A stretch of 64,000 bases of DNA from an uncultured Nitrososphaerota archaeon. Its GTDB lineage: Archaea; Korarchaeota; Korarchaeia; Korarchaeales; Korarchaeaceae. The notes beneath the pieces are model-generated. The model did no database searches. It saw only the letters and a list, made by a program, of their open reading frames with translations, and was not told where the DNA came from. Both the position numbers and the translations under genes were made by a program. Shown here in pieces: positions 20,103-30,040 of this stretch (position 1 is its first letter; each line of letters starts with the position of its first letter). Where the stretch lies: positions 32,001 to 96,000 of the forward strand of contig CAZQNA010000001.1 in assembly GCA_964594835.1 (NCBI GenBank), in the 5' to 3' direction.

Positions 20103-20178
20103 TGGTGGGCCGGGTGGGACTCGAACCCACGGCCTCCGCCTCGTAAGGGCGGCGTCATAGCCACTAGACCACCGGCCC
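20103..20178 (-). tRNA. tRNA-Val(TAC), CCA encoded
   Basis: GGGCCGG acceptor stem, anticodon loop CT-TAC-GA, GGTTCGAGTCCC T-arm, ACCA end. Confidence 0.96.
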
Positions 20179-20188
20179 TCCCTGGGAG

Positions 20189-20276
20189 TGGCGCCGGGGG
20201 TGGGATTCGAACCCACGCGGCCCAATGGGCCACGGGCTCTCCAGGCCCGCCCCCTACCTGGCTAGGGCACCCCGGC
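20189..20276 (-). tRNA. tRNA-Ser(GGA), CCA encoded
   Basis: GCCGGGG acceptor stem, loop CT-GGA-GA, long variable arm, GGTTCGAATCCC, GCCA end. Confidence 0.96.
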
Positions 20277-20301
20277 TCCCTGTCCACCCCTTTAACCTCG
20301 G

Positions 20302-21321
20302 TTATAACGATTTGCGTCCCCTCCAGGCGGGAGGGTAGAGGTCCCTCGGCATTACCACCCTCTCGAGATCGGCGGCTATCCCCCTCTCCGCCTGCAGGAT
20401 CTCGGAGGCGTCCATCCTCGATTGGACGAGCGCCACGAGTTCGCCCTTCAGCGTGACGGCCAGGGCGACCCCTCCCCTCCTGAGCCCCTCGCTCACGGCG
20501 ACGATCCCGGGCACCTTGACCGCGTCTCCGTGTGTTATAGCCGACACCGCCGTGTCCTTGACCACGATCCTGGGGACGTAGTCCAGTACCTCCTCGATCG
20601 GCCTGACCACCCTCCTCAGGAGCGTGTCGTCCCCCTCCAGCCAGGCCCTCGAGGCCTTCTCCAGGTCCTGCAGGGTGACCGAGTCCCTCTCGTGCATGGG
20701 GCCAGACCTGACCCGCCTGAGCTCCCTCATGCTCGCCCCAACGCCAAGAACCTCTCCCACATCGTAGAAGAGCCTTCTGATGTAGGTACCGGCCTCCACG
20801 ACGGCCCTCACGAGCGCGTACCTCCCCTCCCTCTCCAGGAGTTCGAGCTCGCAGACCCTCCTGACTCTGAGGTCCCTCGCCACGGCCGCCTTGACGGGGG
20901 GCCTCTGGTATATCGGGCCGGTGAACATCTCCAGGGCCCCCCTCAGCTCCTCGTCCCCCACATCCCCGTGCAGGTAGAGCACGCCGATGTACTCCTTCCC
21001 GGCCCTGGTGACCAGCCTGCTGAGCCTCGTGGCCCTGCCGAGCAGGATGGGGAGCACTCCCGTGACCTTCGGATCTCCCCGGCCTCAGAGGGCCTCTAGG
21101 GTCCCGCAGTGCCCCACCCTGCCCGGGAACCCCAGGATGGTCCTGACCCACCTGGTGACCTCATGCGAAGTGGGCCCCGACGGCTTGTCCAGGTTGATCG
21201 CTCCAAAGTCCAGGTAGACGTCGATGGGCCTCTCCCGGGGTGGGTAGCCGTATGGCCCCGGCTCCGACTCCTCCCTAACCAGGAGTCGACCGGGCCCCGG
21301 CTCCCCGGGGGGGCAGATCAA
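20302..21321 (-). CDS. cbf5: H/ACA RNA-guided pseudouridine synthase Cbf5, intron-containing: join(21096..21321,20302..21074)
   Basis: Exon 1 has LDKPSGPTSHEV...GHCGTL; exon 2 has DPKVTGVLP, KEY, QRPP, GTYIR and the PUA domain; TTG start overlaps the eL14 stop. Confidence 0.93.
21075..21095 (-). other. 21-nt archaeal pre-mRNA intron with a bulge-helix-bulge motif in cbf5
   Basis: Minus strand GGA-CCCT-AG^A-GGCC-CTCTGA-GGCC-GGGG-AG^A-TCC; removal restores CTA GAT CCG (L-D-P) and removes an in-frame TGA. Confidence 0.9.
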
Positions 21322-21611
21322 GAGCCCCCTCCTCCCCTGACCCGCGCCTCCTTCTCCAGCTCCTCGTAGATTGTCGTGGCCTTGAGGGCCTCCAGGACCT
21401 CCCCGTCGTCGGCACCCTCCGAGATGTCGATCTTGACGGGCAGGGGAACGAGGTGCTTGATGTTGGCCCTCCTCCGCCGCACGCCCGTCAGCTCCTTCGG
21501 TCCGGTGATCTCCACGAAGTTCTTGTCTATCACCCGAACCACGACGCACTTCCTTCCGGCCTCACGGCCCGCCACCTTGACGCACAGCCGACCTACCTCG
21601 ATAACTCCCAT
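21318..21611 (-). CDS. rpl14e: 50S ribosomal protein L14e
   Basis: IEVGRLCVKVAGREAGRKCVVV...GVRRRRANIKHL. Confidence 0.95.
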   Translation of the reverse strand: MGVIEVGRLCVKVAGREAGRKCVVVRVIDKNFVEITGPKELTGVRRRRANIKHLVPLPVKIDISEGADDGEVLEALKATTIYEELEKEARVRGGGGS

Positions 21612-21662
21612 GAATCACCACCTCTCGCGAGGCTGACAGATCTCGCCCCATCGGCCCGATCC

Positions 21663-21977
21663 TCAGGCGAGACCCCCGGCTGGCGAGAGCCTGGCCCAGC
21701 CCGTCTCTATCGCGCGGGTAACCATGAGCTCCCTGAGGCACTTGGAGCACAGGTACCCGCCGTAGGGCCTGTTGGGCCTCTTTTCACTCTTCGCAAGCCT
21801 TGCCATGACCGAGCGGGGCCCGGTGCGCGTCCCCGTGAGGGGCCTACCGCATCGGGCGCACCTCGCCTTCCCGTGCACCTTGTGCCTGTAGTGGTAGACC
21901 GTCCTACCTCCCGGAGTCCTCACGGCGACCCTTCTCTTCCTTGAGCCCCTCGGAGGCCCGAATGGATCCTCTGGCAT
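21663..21977 (-). CDS. rpl34e: 50S ribosomal protein L34e
   Basis: RTPGGR, CARCG, KRPNRPYGGYLCSKC. Confidence 0.93.
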   Translation of the reverse strand: MPEDPFGPPRGSRKRRVAVRTPGGRTVYHYRHKVHGKARCARCGRPLTGTRTGPRSVMARLAKSEKRPNRPYGGYLCSKCLRELMVTRAIETGWARLSPAGGLA

Positions 21978-22037
21978 CGCCAAGCCCTCCGCCGGGATCT
22001 GGGGGGCTCTCCCCCTGGGATATTTAAGGCTTGACCC

Positions 22038-22553
22038 CTAGTCCAGCGAGATTCCCAGGAGCCTCTGTAGGATCATGGAGAACATGAAGCTGGACAGGAA
22101 GTAGAGGCCCACGTATCCTATCACGTCCGGCGCGAAGGAGCTACCGCGCCTCAGCAGGCCTATCATGGGGATGGCGAAGGGGAGCCTCACTATCGGAACC
22201 TCGTAGTAGAACCCCCTGAGGACCCAGAATATGGCTAGGAGGGGAACCGTGGTGTAGAGCATGGGCCTCATGCTCATCTTCGTCATCTCGGCCTGGGCCT
22301 CGGAGTAGGCCGGCTTCATCTTCTCGAGCCTCTTTGCCAGCTTTCTGTCCCCTCCCGAGAGGGCGTACTCTCTCTGGAGCCTCGTGTACTCCGTCACTAT
22401 CTTCCGGTAGTACCTCATCTTGTCGTAGTCGATGGTCTTCTTGCTGACCAGCGTCGTTATCACGGATATCACGAAGGAGATGGCGACTATGAACAGAATG
22501 GAGTAGGGGGGGAAGGCGAGCTTGTCGACCAGCCCCTCGAACAACCCCCTCAC
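22038..22553 (-). CDS. DUF106 / EMC3-TMCO1-like membrane protein (Oxa1 superfamily)
   Basis: TM, coiled coil, MRPMLYT, two further TM segments; conserved position after secY. Confidence 0.82.
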   Translation of the reverse strand: MRGLFEGLVDKLAFPPYSILFIVAISFVISVITTLVSKKTIDYDKMRYYRKIVTEYTRLQREYALSGGDRKLAKRLEKMKPAYSEAQAEMTKMSMRPMLYTTVPLLAIFWVLRGFYYEVPIVRLPFAIPMIGLLRRGSSFAPDVIGYVGLYFLSSFMFSMILQRLLGISLD

Positions 22554-22554
22554 C

Positions 22555-23970
22555 TCACGCCCCGAGGAACTTGGCGAGCCTCGGGTAGAGCTCCAGGGCC
22601 CTCTCCTTCGCTATAACCTCGTAGAAGGACGCTGTTATCGTAACAGCCAGCAGGATTCCGCTCCCCGTCCCTATGGCCCCGCTGAAGTCTGCCAGAGCCG
22701 CGAGGGCACCGACGAGCGCCCCTCCCAGGAGCGTCACCGCCTCTATGTACCCCTTTATCGTGTCGGCCAGCACCTTGGGGCTGGACCTCCTCCCAGGGAC
22801 GACCATTCCCTGGGCGACGAACTGGCGCGCCACGCTCTCGGCGTCCATCCCCGAGGTTATCACCCAGACCTTGGCGAACACCACGGAAAGGATTACGTAG
22901 AGGGCGAGGTAGCCTAGGGCCTTGCCCGGGAGGGCGGCCACGGCTCCCGGACCGTTCGGGGGAGTCATGTAGTACATGAGCCCTCCCGTCGGGATTGTCC
23001 TCCCGCTCATCGGGTCGACCTGGTACTCACCCAGCAGGGAGACGAGGGTCCGCACGATCTGGTTGCTGGAGGTTGAGAACTTGTTCCAGAGGATTGAGGA
23101 AACGATCCTGACGTCCCCGAAGAGGGCCTGAGTGAATATGATGGGTATGTTGCTCACGTAGAGCAGCCTGAGCGGGTACCTCATCCTCTGACCGCCAACC
23201 CTGGAGAAGGCGATCGGGACCTCCACCCGGACCTCGTAGGCCCAGACGACCACCAGGAACACGATTATCGTGGCTATGAGGCCGGCCATGTCCGGCAGCG
23301 ATCCTCCCCTGTAGAAGGCGTCGATGCCCTCCTCGATCAGCGCGGGTATCGCCCCGACGACCCTCTCCTGGTACTTGATCGGAGAGAAGGCGCCCCAGAT
23401 CACCCTCTGCGCGACCCCGGCCAGGATGAAGAGGCTTATTCCGCTGCCTATCCCCCACTTGCTGACCAGGTCGTCCAACATCATGAGGAGGAAGCTTCCC
23501 AGGGCGAGCTGGGCCACAACGAGCGCGGCCACGTTCCACGGGACCTCGGCCGGTACGGCCCCATACCTCCCGCCCATCACGTAAGCGGCGTTCTCCAGGA
23601 AGATGAACAGGAGGGCCGCCACCCTCTGGGCCTGCTGGAAGTATACCCTGTTCTCGGGATCCGTGAGGTCCAGGGGCACTATTCTGCTTCCCACGAGAAG
23701 CTCGAGAACTATGCCCGCGGTCACCACGGGGCCTATGCCCAGCTCCACGATGCTCCCCGAGGCCCCGGCGAAGATCACCCTGAACTCGCTGAGTATGTCC
23801 GTCGCGGGGGTCTTGACCCCGTATATCGGTATCTCCGTCAGTATGTAGTATATGAAAAGCACGACGGCGGTCCAACCCAGCCTCTCCTTCAGGCTGGGCC
23901 TCTGCTTGGGCTTCTCTACCTCGGGGATCACCCTATTCACGCCGGCAACGAGGCTCCTGAAGAGGCTCAC
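22555..23970 (-). CDS. secY: Preprotein translocase subunit SecY
   Basis: ELGIGPVVTAGI, KWGIGSGISLFI, LLYVSNIPII, GTGSGILLAV. Confidence 0.97.
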   Translation of the reverse strand: MSLFRSLVAGVNRVIPEVEKPKQRPSLKERLGWTAVVLFIYYILTEIPIYGVKTPATDILSEFRVIFAGASGSIVELGIGPVVTAGIVLELLVGSRIVPLDLTDPENRVYFQQAQRVAALLFIFLENAAYVMGGRYGAVPAEVPWNVAALVVAQLALGSFLLMMLDDLVSKWGIGSGISLFILAGVAQRVIWGAFSPIKYQERVVGAIPALIEEGIDAFYRGGSLPDMAGLIATIIVFLVVVWAYEVRVEVPIAFSRVGGQRMRYPLRLLYVSNIPIIFTQALFGDVRIVSSILWNKFSTSSNQIVRTLVSLLGEYQVDPMSGRTIPTGGLMYYMTPPNGPGAVAALPGKALGYLALYVILSVVFAKVWVITSGMDAESVARQFVAQGMVVPGRRSSPKVLADTIKGYIEAVTLLGGALVGALAALADFSGAIGTGSGILLAVTITASFYEVIAKERALELYPRLAKFLGA

Positions 23971-24437
23971 TCACCCACCCCCTCCACAGGGACGGCCTTT
24001 CCCCCGGCCGACTCGATCTTGGAGACGGCCTTCTCCGTGAACCGGGCCGCCTTCACGATCAGGGGAGTGCTCAGCTTGCCCCTACCCAGCACCTTCCCGT
24101 AGGGCGTCTTCGTGAGGTCCACCTCCACGGTGCCGTCCTCCCTCCTCGTGACGGCCCCCATCCCCTCGAGCTCCGGCAGGATGTCCTCGAGCTCGCCGAC
24201 GTTTATAGTCCCAACCTCTCTGACCACGGCCCTGGGCCTCTTCATGCCCCTCCTTCCCCTGCCGAAGTAGTCCGGCCAGTAGGTGGTGTACCACGACCAG
24301 AAGTGCTTGTGTCCACCGGCCTTCCCGAACCCACCTCCCCTCCCGCTCCTCCTATGCTGCCTCTGTAGTCCGTACCCGTGGAGCCGGCTACCCCTGTACT
24401 TCCTGGTCTTCTTCCTCCTTCGGGGTATGCCCCTCAT
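23967..24437 (-). CDS. rpl15: 50S ribosomal protein L15
   Basis: RGSRLHGYG, INVGEL, KVLGRG, KIESAGG. Confidence 0.95.
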   Translation of the reverse strand: MRGIPRRRKKTRKYRGSRLHGYGLQRQHRRSGRGGGFGKAGGHKHFWSWYTTYWPDYFGRGRRGMKRPRAVVREVGTINVGELEDILPELEGMGAVTRREDGTVEVDLTKTPYGKVLGRGKLSTPLIVKAARFTEKAVSKIESAGGKAVPVEGVGE

Positions 24438-24438
24438 C

Positions 24439-24942
24439 TCACATCATCCTCCTCAGGAGCGGGTTGATGTCGCGGCCCCTGTACCCCAGCTCTCCGCCGT
24501 CCCTGTAGCCCCTCTTGGTCGTCCTCTTAAATCCCCCGCTGGGGGGATGGAGCCTGAAGTAGGGCTTGAGCCAGCTCAACTTGTGGAGCCTCGCTCTCCC
24601 GGAGAGCAGGGCCTCGGCCAGGTCCTCCACCCCGTCGAACTCGGTGTTCTCCCTCAGCCAGTCGTCGGTGACCCTCCCGCCAGACCTGAGCTCGCCCCTC
24701 CTCCTAAGCAGCTCCACGAGCGTGTCCCTGTCTATCTCTCCGTAGGTCGTGTAGTCCTTGACGACCCTGAGCATCCCCAGGTAGCTCTTCGTCGCCGGAA
24801 CCACCGTGGCCCAGAACTTCCTCCTCATGTGGAGCATCTCCATGGTCCTCCTGATCTCGGGCCTCACGTCGACCCTTCCCCTAATCCTGACCACGGCTAT
24901 CAGGGGTTCTTCACCTCCAACGTCGCCGGACATTACCCCCAC
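24439..24942 (-). CDS. rpl30: 50S ribosomal protein L30P (uL30)
   Basis: AVVRIRG, FRLHPPSGGF, GELGYRG..IN.LLRRM. Confidence 0.95.
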   Translation of the reverse strand: MGVMSGDVGGEEPLIAVVRIRGRVDVRPEIRRTMEMLHMRRKFWATVVPATKSYLGMLRVVKDYTTYGEIDRDTLVELLRRRGELRSGGRVTDDWLRENTEFDGVEDLAEALLSGRARLHKLSWLKPYFRLHPPSGGFKRTTKRGYRDGGELGYRGRDINPLLRRMM

Positions 24943-25013
24943 CTCTCGTGGCGAGGCCTCATTGAGCGCCCGGCCGCGCCTGTGGCCCGCCGACGGCCCT
25001 CACCTCTAGTGAG

Positions 25014-25670
25014 TTATAAAGTAGTGGTCTCGGGCGGGCGCAGCCTGACCTCCCGCCAGTCGGTCGGGAGGGTCATCAGCAGCAGTCTCCTGAGCGCGTC
25101 GTGTATCGCGTAGGCGTAGTTCATCCTGTTCCGGGTCTCCCCCCTGGAGAACACCCTCACGTCCTTGACGCCGCCCAGGCTCAGCACCACCTTTGCCACC
25201 TCGTTTGCCACGAGCCCGAGGCCCCTGGGGGCGGGCATGAGGGTCACCCTGACGGAGCCGGACTTACCCTCCACCCTGGCGGGGATGGAGTGGGGCCTCC
25301 CGCACATGCACTCCAGGGAGCCGCACCCCTTCCTGACCTTCACTATATTCAGCTTCGCCGCCCGGACCGCGTCGGACAGGGCGTCCCTGAACTCCCTGCC
25401 CTTCCCCTTTCCAACGCCGACGTAGTCGATGCCATCTCCGACGGCCACGACGATCCTAAGCTGGGTGAGTTCTCCCGCGTCGGTCTGCCTCTGGACTCTT
25501 CGGACCTCGATTATCTCCTCCCTGAGGCCCGGGAGCAGGGCGTCCACTATCTCCGGCTCCTTTATCGGCGCGCCGGTGCGCAGTATCTCGTCTATGGATT
25601 GAACCTTCCCCTCGGCCACCAGCCTGCCCAACCTGGTCCTGGGGACCCACTCGCCCTCGATCTCGCTCAT
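25014..25670 (-). CDS. rps5: 30S ribosomal protein S5
   Basis: [29 protein letters not shown]. Confidence 0.96.
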   Translation of the reverse strand: MSEIEGEWVPRTRLGRLVAEGKVQSIDEILRTGAPIKEPEIVDALLPGLREEIIEVRRVQRQTDAGELTQLRIVVAVGDGIDYVGVGKGKGREFRDALSDAVRAAKLNIVKVRKGCGSLECMCGRPHSIPARVEGKSGSVRVTLMPAPRGLGLVANEVAKVVLSLGGVKDVRVFSRGETRNRMNYAYAIHDALRRLLLMTLPTDWREVRLRPPETTTL

Positions 25671-26308
25671 CTTGGGCTCTCCTCCCCACCCTCAATTAAT
25701 GTCTGACCCTCCGTCGCAGCTCCCTGGGAGGACTTGATGGCCTCGAGCACGCGCTCGAACGCCTCTGGAATCTCCTCGGGGTTGACCCCCTCCCTCAGAT
25801 ATTCTGAGAACTGCCTCCCGTAGAGGTCGGGGTCCTCCTCCCTGAGCCTCGCGGCCCACTCGGCTATGTGCTCCCCCCTCATTCTCTCCTCTTCAGGCAG
25901 GATCTCCTCACCGTGGGGGATCCGCAGGCCAGCGTCGACGGCCCCCTTCAGGGCCGCGTATATCCTCGACCCCCTGGTGGAGGCCTGCCTCCCGACGTCC
26001 AGAACCGCCTCCTCCACGCCGGCCCGCCTCGCCCTGAGGGCCGCGAGGTAGCCCGTGAGGTAGGCCGCGGGAGTGCTCTTGAGGGAGTACCTCCATCCGA
26101 ACTCTCTGAGTTCCTTGGAGAAGGCGTGCGCCAGGGTCCTGTCCCCGCCTGGTGAGTACTCGACGACCTGAACTATGATGTGCCTGTTCGTCCTCCTCAC
26201 CACGAGCCTGGGCAGGCCGCTCTTCAGCAGGGCGAGCCTCCTCCTGTAGTCGGTCTTGCCCTCCCTCCTCCTCCTGAACTTCACCTTGTACCTGCCCGAC
26301 CTCGCCAA
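25667..26308 (-). CDS. rpl18: 50S ribosomal protein L18
   Basis: [32 protein letters not shown]. Confidence 0.96.
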   Translation of the reverse strand: MARSGRYKVKFRRRREGKTDYRRRLALLKSGLPRLVVRRTNRHIIVQVVEYSPGGDRTLAHAFSKELREFGWRYSLKSTPAAYLTGYLAALRARRAGVEEAVLDVGRQASTRGSRIYAALKGAVDAGLRIPHGEEILPEEERMRGEHIAEWAARLREEDPDLYGRQFSEYLREGVNPEEIPEAFERVLEAIKSSQGAATEGQTLIEGGEESPR

Positions 26309-26309
26309 C

Positions 26310-26771
26310 TCACCGCGCCTCCCTCTCTGAGAGCTTCAGCTCCTTCTCCAGGGCAGACCTGAGGTGCCTCACGGAGGAGTACATGGAGAGCCTCCTGTAG
26401 AACTCCCTGTACTCTCCCCTGGATATGGCCCCTGAGTCCCTCAGCCTCCTGAGCTCCCTCCTGAGGGCCCTTATCCTCCTGACCCACCTCTGCTTCCTAC
26501 TCAGCGTCGCGTACTTACCTCCCTTCCTGCTGCCCGGGCCCTTCCTCCTCCTCTTTCCCCTGACCCTGCCCCTGCTCACGCCCCTGGCGGGCCTGATCAC
26601 GATGGCCCCGGACCTTATGAGCCTCTCGACGTCCCTCCTGGTTATGGCCTGAGCTATCTCCTCGGCCCTCTCGGGGACGAGCTTCACCCTGTCGAGGCCC
26701 ACTCCAGCTATCTTGGCGGCTAGCCTCTTCTGATAACTCAGGCTCTTTATCCTGATTTCCTCCTCAGCCAA
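26310..26771 (-). CDS. rpl19e: 50S ribosomal protein L19e
   Basis: [29 protein letters not shown]. Confidence 0.95.
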   Translation of the reverse strand: MAEEEIRIKSLSYQKRLAAKIAGVGLDRVKLVPERAEEIAQAITRRDVERLIRSGAIVIRPARGVSRGRVRGKRRRKGPGSRKGGKYATLSRKQRWVRRIRALRRELRRLRDSGAISRGEYREFYRRLSMYSSVRHLRSALEKELKLSEREAR

Positions 26772-26772
26772 A

Positions 26773-27180
26773 TCACTCCCCTCCCGGCTCGGGGTTGGCC
26801 ACGGGCAGGTTGAGCTCGCGGGCCCTGCTCTCTATCTCGGCCCTCTTCCTCCTCCCAACCGAGGAGGCTATGTACACTATCACGGGCTCTCCTGACTCGG
26901 CCGCCCGCTCCAGATCCCCCAGGCTGTGAACTATCACCGGCCTCCTGCCAGACGGGTGCAGCCCTCGGATCCTCTCGGGGTTCCTGTAGCCCACGGTCGG
27001 ATGCTTGGGTCTGCTCTTCAGCTTGAGCCTCTGCTTGTTGTCTATCCCTCTGGGCCGCCTCCAGCTCTTAACGCTCCCCCTGTGCCACCACCTGGCGAGG
27101 TTCAGGAACCTGGGCTTCTTCTTCCCCAGCCTCTCCCTGAGCGCCCTTAGCTCCCTAACGGCCTCCTCCGACACCATCAC
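26773..27180 (-). CDS. rpl32e: 50S ribosomal protein L32e
   Basis: WRRPRGIDNK, GYR, RGLHPSG. Confidence 0.94.
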   Translation of the reverse strand: MMVSEEAVRELRALRERLGKKKPRFLNLARWWHRGSVKSWRRPRGIDNKQRLKLKSRPKHPTVGYRNPERIRGLHPSGRRPVIVHSLGDLERAAESGEPVIVYIASSVGRRKRAEIESRARELNLPVANPEPGGE

Positions 27181-27199
27181 TCACCCCCACACCACATCG

Positions 27200-27757
27200 T
27201 CACTCCTCCATGACGTAGATGCCGTCCATGAAGACCCTCGGATCCTTCCTCTTGATCCTAGTGGCCTGTCTGATGTTTGCGGCCGTCTGACCGACGTCCT
27301 CCTTCGATATTCCCTCGATGTGTATCCTGTCCCCCTCGACCTTGACCTTGACGTCTCCCACTATCTTGGCGAACCTCGGGCTCCTCTCGCCCAGGAAGTT
27401 GTGGATGAGCACCAGCCTCCTCTTCTCGTCCACCTCAACCTTGATGGGGAAGTGGGCGTAGACCACGATCATCTCCTTCTTGAAGCCCTCGGTGACGCCC
27501 CTCATCATGTTCCTTATGTGGGCGGCCACGGTCCCGATGTACGACCTCTGGAACTTCCTCGGGTTGTAGGTCCTCAGGACCACCTTCCCCTCCTCCTGAT
27601 CCACCTCAACATCGACCATCCTGGGGTCGTACCTCCTACTCAGCTCCCCGAGGGGCCCCTTGACCCTGATTACGTCGCCCTCGACTGACACCTCCGTCCC
27701 CTCGACTATCGGGACCTCCTTGACGAGCACCTCCGCCGCGACCTTTGGGTAGGGCAT
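27200..27757 (-). CDS. rpl6: 50S ribosomal protein L6
   Basis: VKGPLG, YAHFPI, NFLGE, KDPRVFMDGIY. Confidence 0.96.
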   Translation of the reverse strand: MPYPKVAAEVLVKEVPIVEGTEVSVEGDVIRVKGPLGELSRRYDPRMVDVEVDQEEGKVVLRTYNPRKFQRSYIGTVAAHIRNMMRGVTEGFKKEMIVVYAHFPIKVEVDEKRRLVLIHNFLGERSPRFAKIVGDVKVKVEGDRIHIEGISKEDVGQTAANIRQATRIKRKDPRVFMDGIYVMEE

Positions 27758-27777
27758 TGAGCATCACCTCCATTCAG

Positions 27778-28179
27778 TCAGTAGAAGTAGGCCAGGAGCA
27801 CCCCGCCTATCCCCAGCTCCTTGGCCCTCCGGTGAGTCATCACCCCCCTCGGGGTGGAGACGACGATGGCCCCGACGTTGTAGGCGGGTAGGAACCTCCG
27901 CTCGAAGTCCTCAAACTCGTCCTTCTTCACTGGGAATCTGGGCTTGACGGCCGCCGCCCTGTTGAGACGCCCGATCAGCCTGACCCTGTACTTGCCAGCC
28001 CTGCCGTCGTCTATGTACTCGAACTCCCCTATGTAGCCCTCCTCCTGCATGACCCTCAGTACCTGACCTATGAGCTTGGAGGCGATCGGGATCACGACTT
28101 CACGCTTACCCAGCCTCGACGCGTTTGTCAGGGCGCTGAGGGCGTCCGCCAGTGGATCCAGCCTCGTCACGGGCCACAC
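27778..28179 (-). CDS. rps8: 30S ribosomal protein S8
   Basis: [31 protein letters not shown]. Confidence 0.96.
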   Translation of the reverse strand: MWPVTRLDPLADALSALTNASRLGKREVVIPIASKLIGQVLRVMQEEGYIGEFEYIDDGRAGKYRVRLIGRLNRAAAVKPRFPVKKDEFEDFERRFLPAYNVGAIVVSTPRGVMTHRRAKELGIGGVLLAYFY

Positions 28180-28183
28180 CCCC

Positions 28184-28366
28184 TCACTCGTACTTCCTCC
28201 AACCCATCAGCGGGGCGACCTCTCTGAAGCAGGACCTGCACAGGTACAGCCCGTACTTCCTTATGATGCCGTAGCCGACTCTCCCGCATCTGCGACACAC
28301 GTAGGCGCCCTTTCCCTTGGTCCTGACCTTCTTCTTTGGTCTCACCAATTTCCCCACACCTCTCAC
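28184..28366 (-). CDS. rps14: 30S ribosomal protein S14 (zinc-binding)
   Basis: CRRCG...[15 protein letters not shown]. Confidence 0.94.
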   Translation of the reverse strand: MRGVGKLVRPKKKVRTKGKGAYVCRRCGRVGYGIIRKYGLYLCRSCFREVAPLMGWRKYE

Positions 28367-28929
28367 TCCTCCTCGACCACCTCGATCTTTAAGCGCTTCC
28401 TGACGTACTCGATCGCCTCCTCCCGGGTGAGCCTGTGCCTCCTCGGTACCCTCTTCCTCCTGAGCCTCCTCCTCGCCACCCTGTAGCCGGCCCTCCCCAG
28501 CGTGACGATCACGTCCATGCCGAAGACCCCAACCTCTGCCTTGTACCTCATGCCAGGGATGTCTATGTGCTCCCTGATCCCGAAGGCGAAGTTTCCAAAC
28601 TCGTCGAATGAGGAGGCCTTCACCTTCCTGCCGACGGCCTCGACGACCCTGTCGAGCACCTCGTAGGCCCTCTTGCCCCGGACCGTCACGGACACGGCGA
28701 TCGGCTCCCTCTTCCTGATCCCGAACTCCTTAATCGTCCTCTTGGCCCTTCGCTGCACAGGCTTCTGGCCCGTGAGCTCCTCCAGCACCGAGGCGGCCCT
28801 CTCCAGGACCTCGCCGCTCCTCCCAACCGCTATGTTAAGCGTCACGGCCATGAGCCTGGGCTCCAGCATCGGGTTGCTCTTCCACCTCTCCTCGTAGCTC
28901 TCCCTGACTCCCTCGGTCTCCGCCCCCAT
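28363..28929 (-). CDS. rpl5: 50S ribosomal protein L5
   Basis: [27 protein letters not shown]. Confidence 0.96.
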   Translation of the reverse strand: MGAETEGVRESYEERWKSNPMLEPRLMAVTLNIAVGRSGEVLERAASVLEELTGQKPVQRRAKRTIKEFGIRKREPIAVSVTVRGKRAYEVLDRVVEAVGRKVKASSFDEFGNFAFGIREHIDIPGMRYKAEVGVFGMDVIVTLGRAGYRVARRRLRRKRVPRRHRLTREEAIEYVRKRLKIEVVEEE

Positions 28930-28934
28930 TCAGG

Positions 28935-29660
28935 TCACCTCACCTTGATGACCGGCGACTCCCTTCCGACGACTATCAGGCTCTCCTTTAGGGCCCTGTA
29001 GGTCAGGTTCGGATCCTCTAGGTCTCTCATCTCCATGAACTCCGAGATCCGCTCCACCTTCCCGATTCTACCGGCCCTCCTCCCGCTTATCACAAGGGCG
29101 GTCGCCCCCTCCTGCAGGGGGAGGACCTGGACCACCTCCTGGCTCGGGACCCTGATGAGGAGGGAGTCCCCAACCCTCACCCCCGCCAGCTCGGTGCCGG
29201 GCTCCGCGAGGAAGTTTCTCCCGTCGTGGCCCGTGAGCTGGATCTTCCCGCCCTTCACGGCAGTCTTCCTCTTGATCCTCACGACCTTGAGCCCAGCCTC
29301 CTCCTCAGGTATCTCGATCAGCCTGAGGAACTTCGTGGGGTCCGAGGTCATCCTGAGGTGCATCTCGGCCCTCGGTATCGAGATCGTGTCCAAGAGCCCG
29401 ACCTGGAACTTGTGATCGTACACGGGCCTGCCGTCGACCAGTACCTCCTTCTGGTGGATGATCCTCTTTGCCTCCCTGGCCGTCGTGGCAAGCCCGAGGA
29501 TGTCCCTGACTATGATGAGCAGGGGGACCCCACTGTCGATGGGGTGGGGACCCGGCCTGGGCTTGACGGTCCACTTGAACTCCCTCTTGGCGATGGGCCA
29601 GTAGCCAGGAGCCTTCATCCTCTTGAGGTGTCTTCCCCCTCCCTTCTTTGTCATGGTCAC
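28935..29660 (-). CDS. rps4e: 30S ribosomal protein S4e
   Basis: HLKR..AP..W, PGPH, VDG, GLLD. Confidence 0.95.
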   Translation of the reverse strand: MTMTKKGGGRHLKRMKAPGYWPIAKREFKWTVKPRPGPHPIDSGVPLLIIVRDILGLATTAREAKRIIHQKEVLVDGRPVYDHKFQVGLLDTISIPRAEMHLRMTSDPTKFLRLIEIPEEEAGLKVVRIKRKTAVKGGKIQLTGHDGRNFLAEPGTELAGVRVGDSLLIRVPSQEVVQVLPLQEGATALVISGRRAGRIGKVERISEFMEMRDLEDPNLTYRALKESLIVVGRESPVIKVR

Positions 29661-30037
29661 TCAGCCTCCTCTCTCCTCTCCAGGGCGGCCTTCCTTCTCT
29701 CGTCGCCCAGGTCGAGGTCAATTATCATGACCTTGGAGGGGTGCACGGGGATCGGGACCTCCGTCCCGTCGGCCCTCTTCCTGGTCAGGCCCTCCACGTG
29801 GATCCGGTACTTCTCCCTGTCGATCCCTATGACCTTTCCCTCCCTCCCCGCGTAGTCACCCCTCATTATCCTGACCTTGTCTCCCTTCCTGACCGGGAAG
29901 GACCTCCTCCCGTACCTCTCTCTGAGTTCGGGTGAGAGCGGGGCGGCCATCATCTTCGCCCTGAGGTGAAGGGGAGCGTTGTAGAGGAACTTCCTCTGCT
30001 TGGAAGGCTTAGAAGACGTCACTCTTCCCCCGGACAT
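29657..30037 (-). CDS. rpl24: 50S ribosomal protein L24
   Basis: [32 protein letters not shown]. Confidence 0.96.
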   Translation of the reverse strand: MSGGRVTSSKPSKQRKFLYNAPLHLRAKMMAAPLSPELRERYGRRSFPVRKGDKVRIMRGDYAGREGKVIGIDREKYRIHVEGLTRKRADGTEVPIPVHPSKVMIIDLDLGDERRKAALERREEAE

Positions 30038-30040
30038 TCT

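Noticed and set aside
20103-20276. tRNA introns or an integrated element at the tRNA genes
   Set aside because: Both tRNAs are uninterrupted, and I saw no duplicated tRNA 3' end or integrase nearby.
21085-21087. In-frame TGA in cbf5 read as selenocysteine, readthrough or a pseudogene
   Set aside because: It lies inside a well-formed BHB intron whose removal restores the conserved GTLDPKVTG; readthrough would insert 7 residues into the active site.
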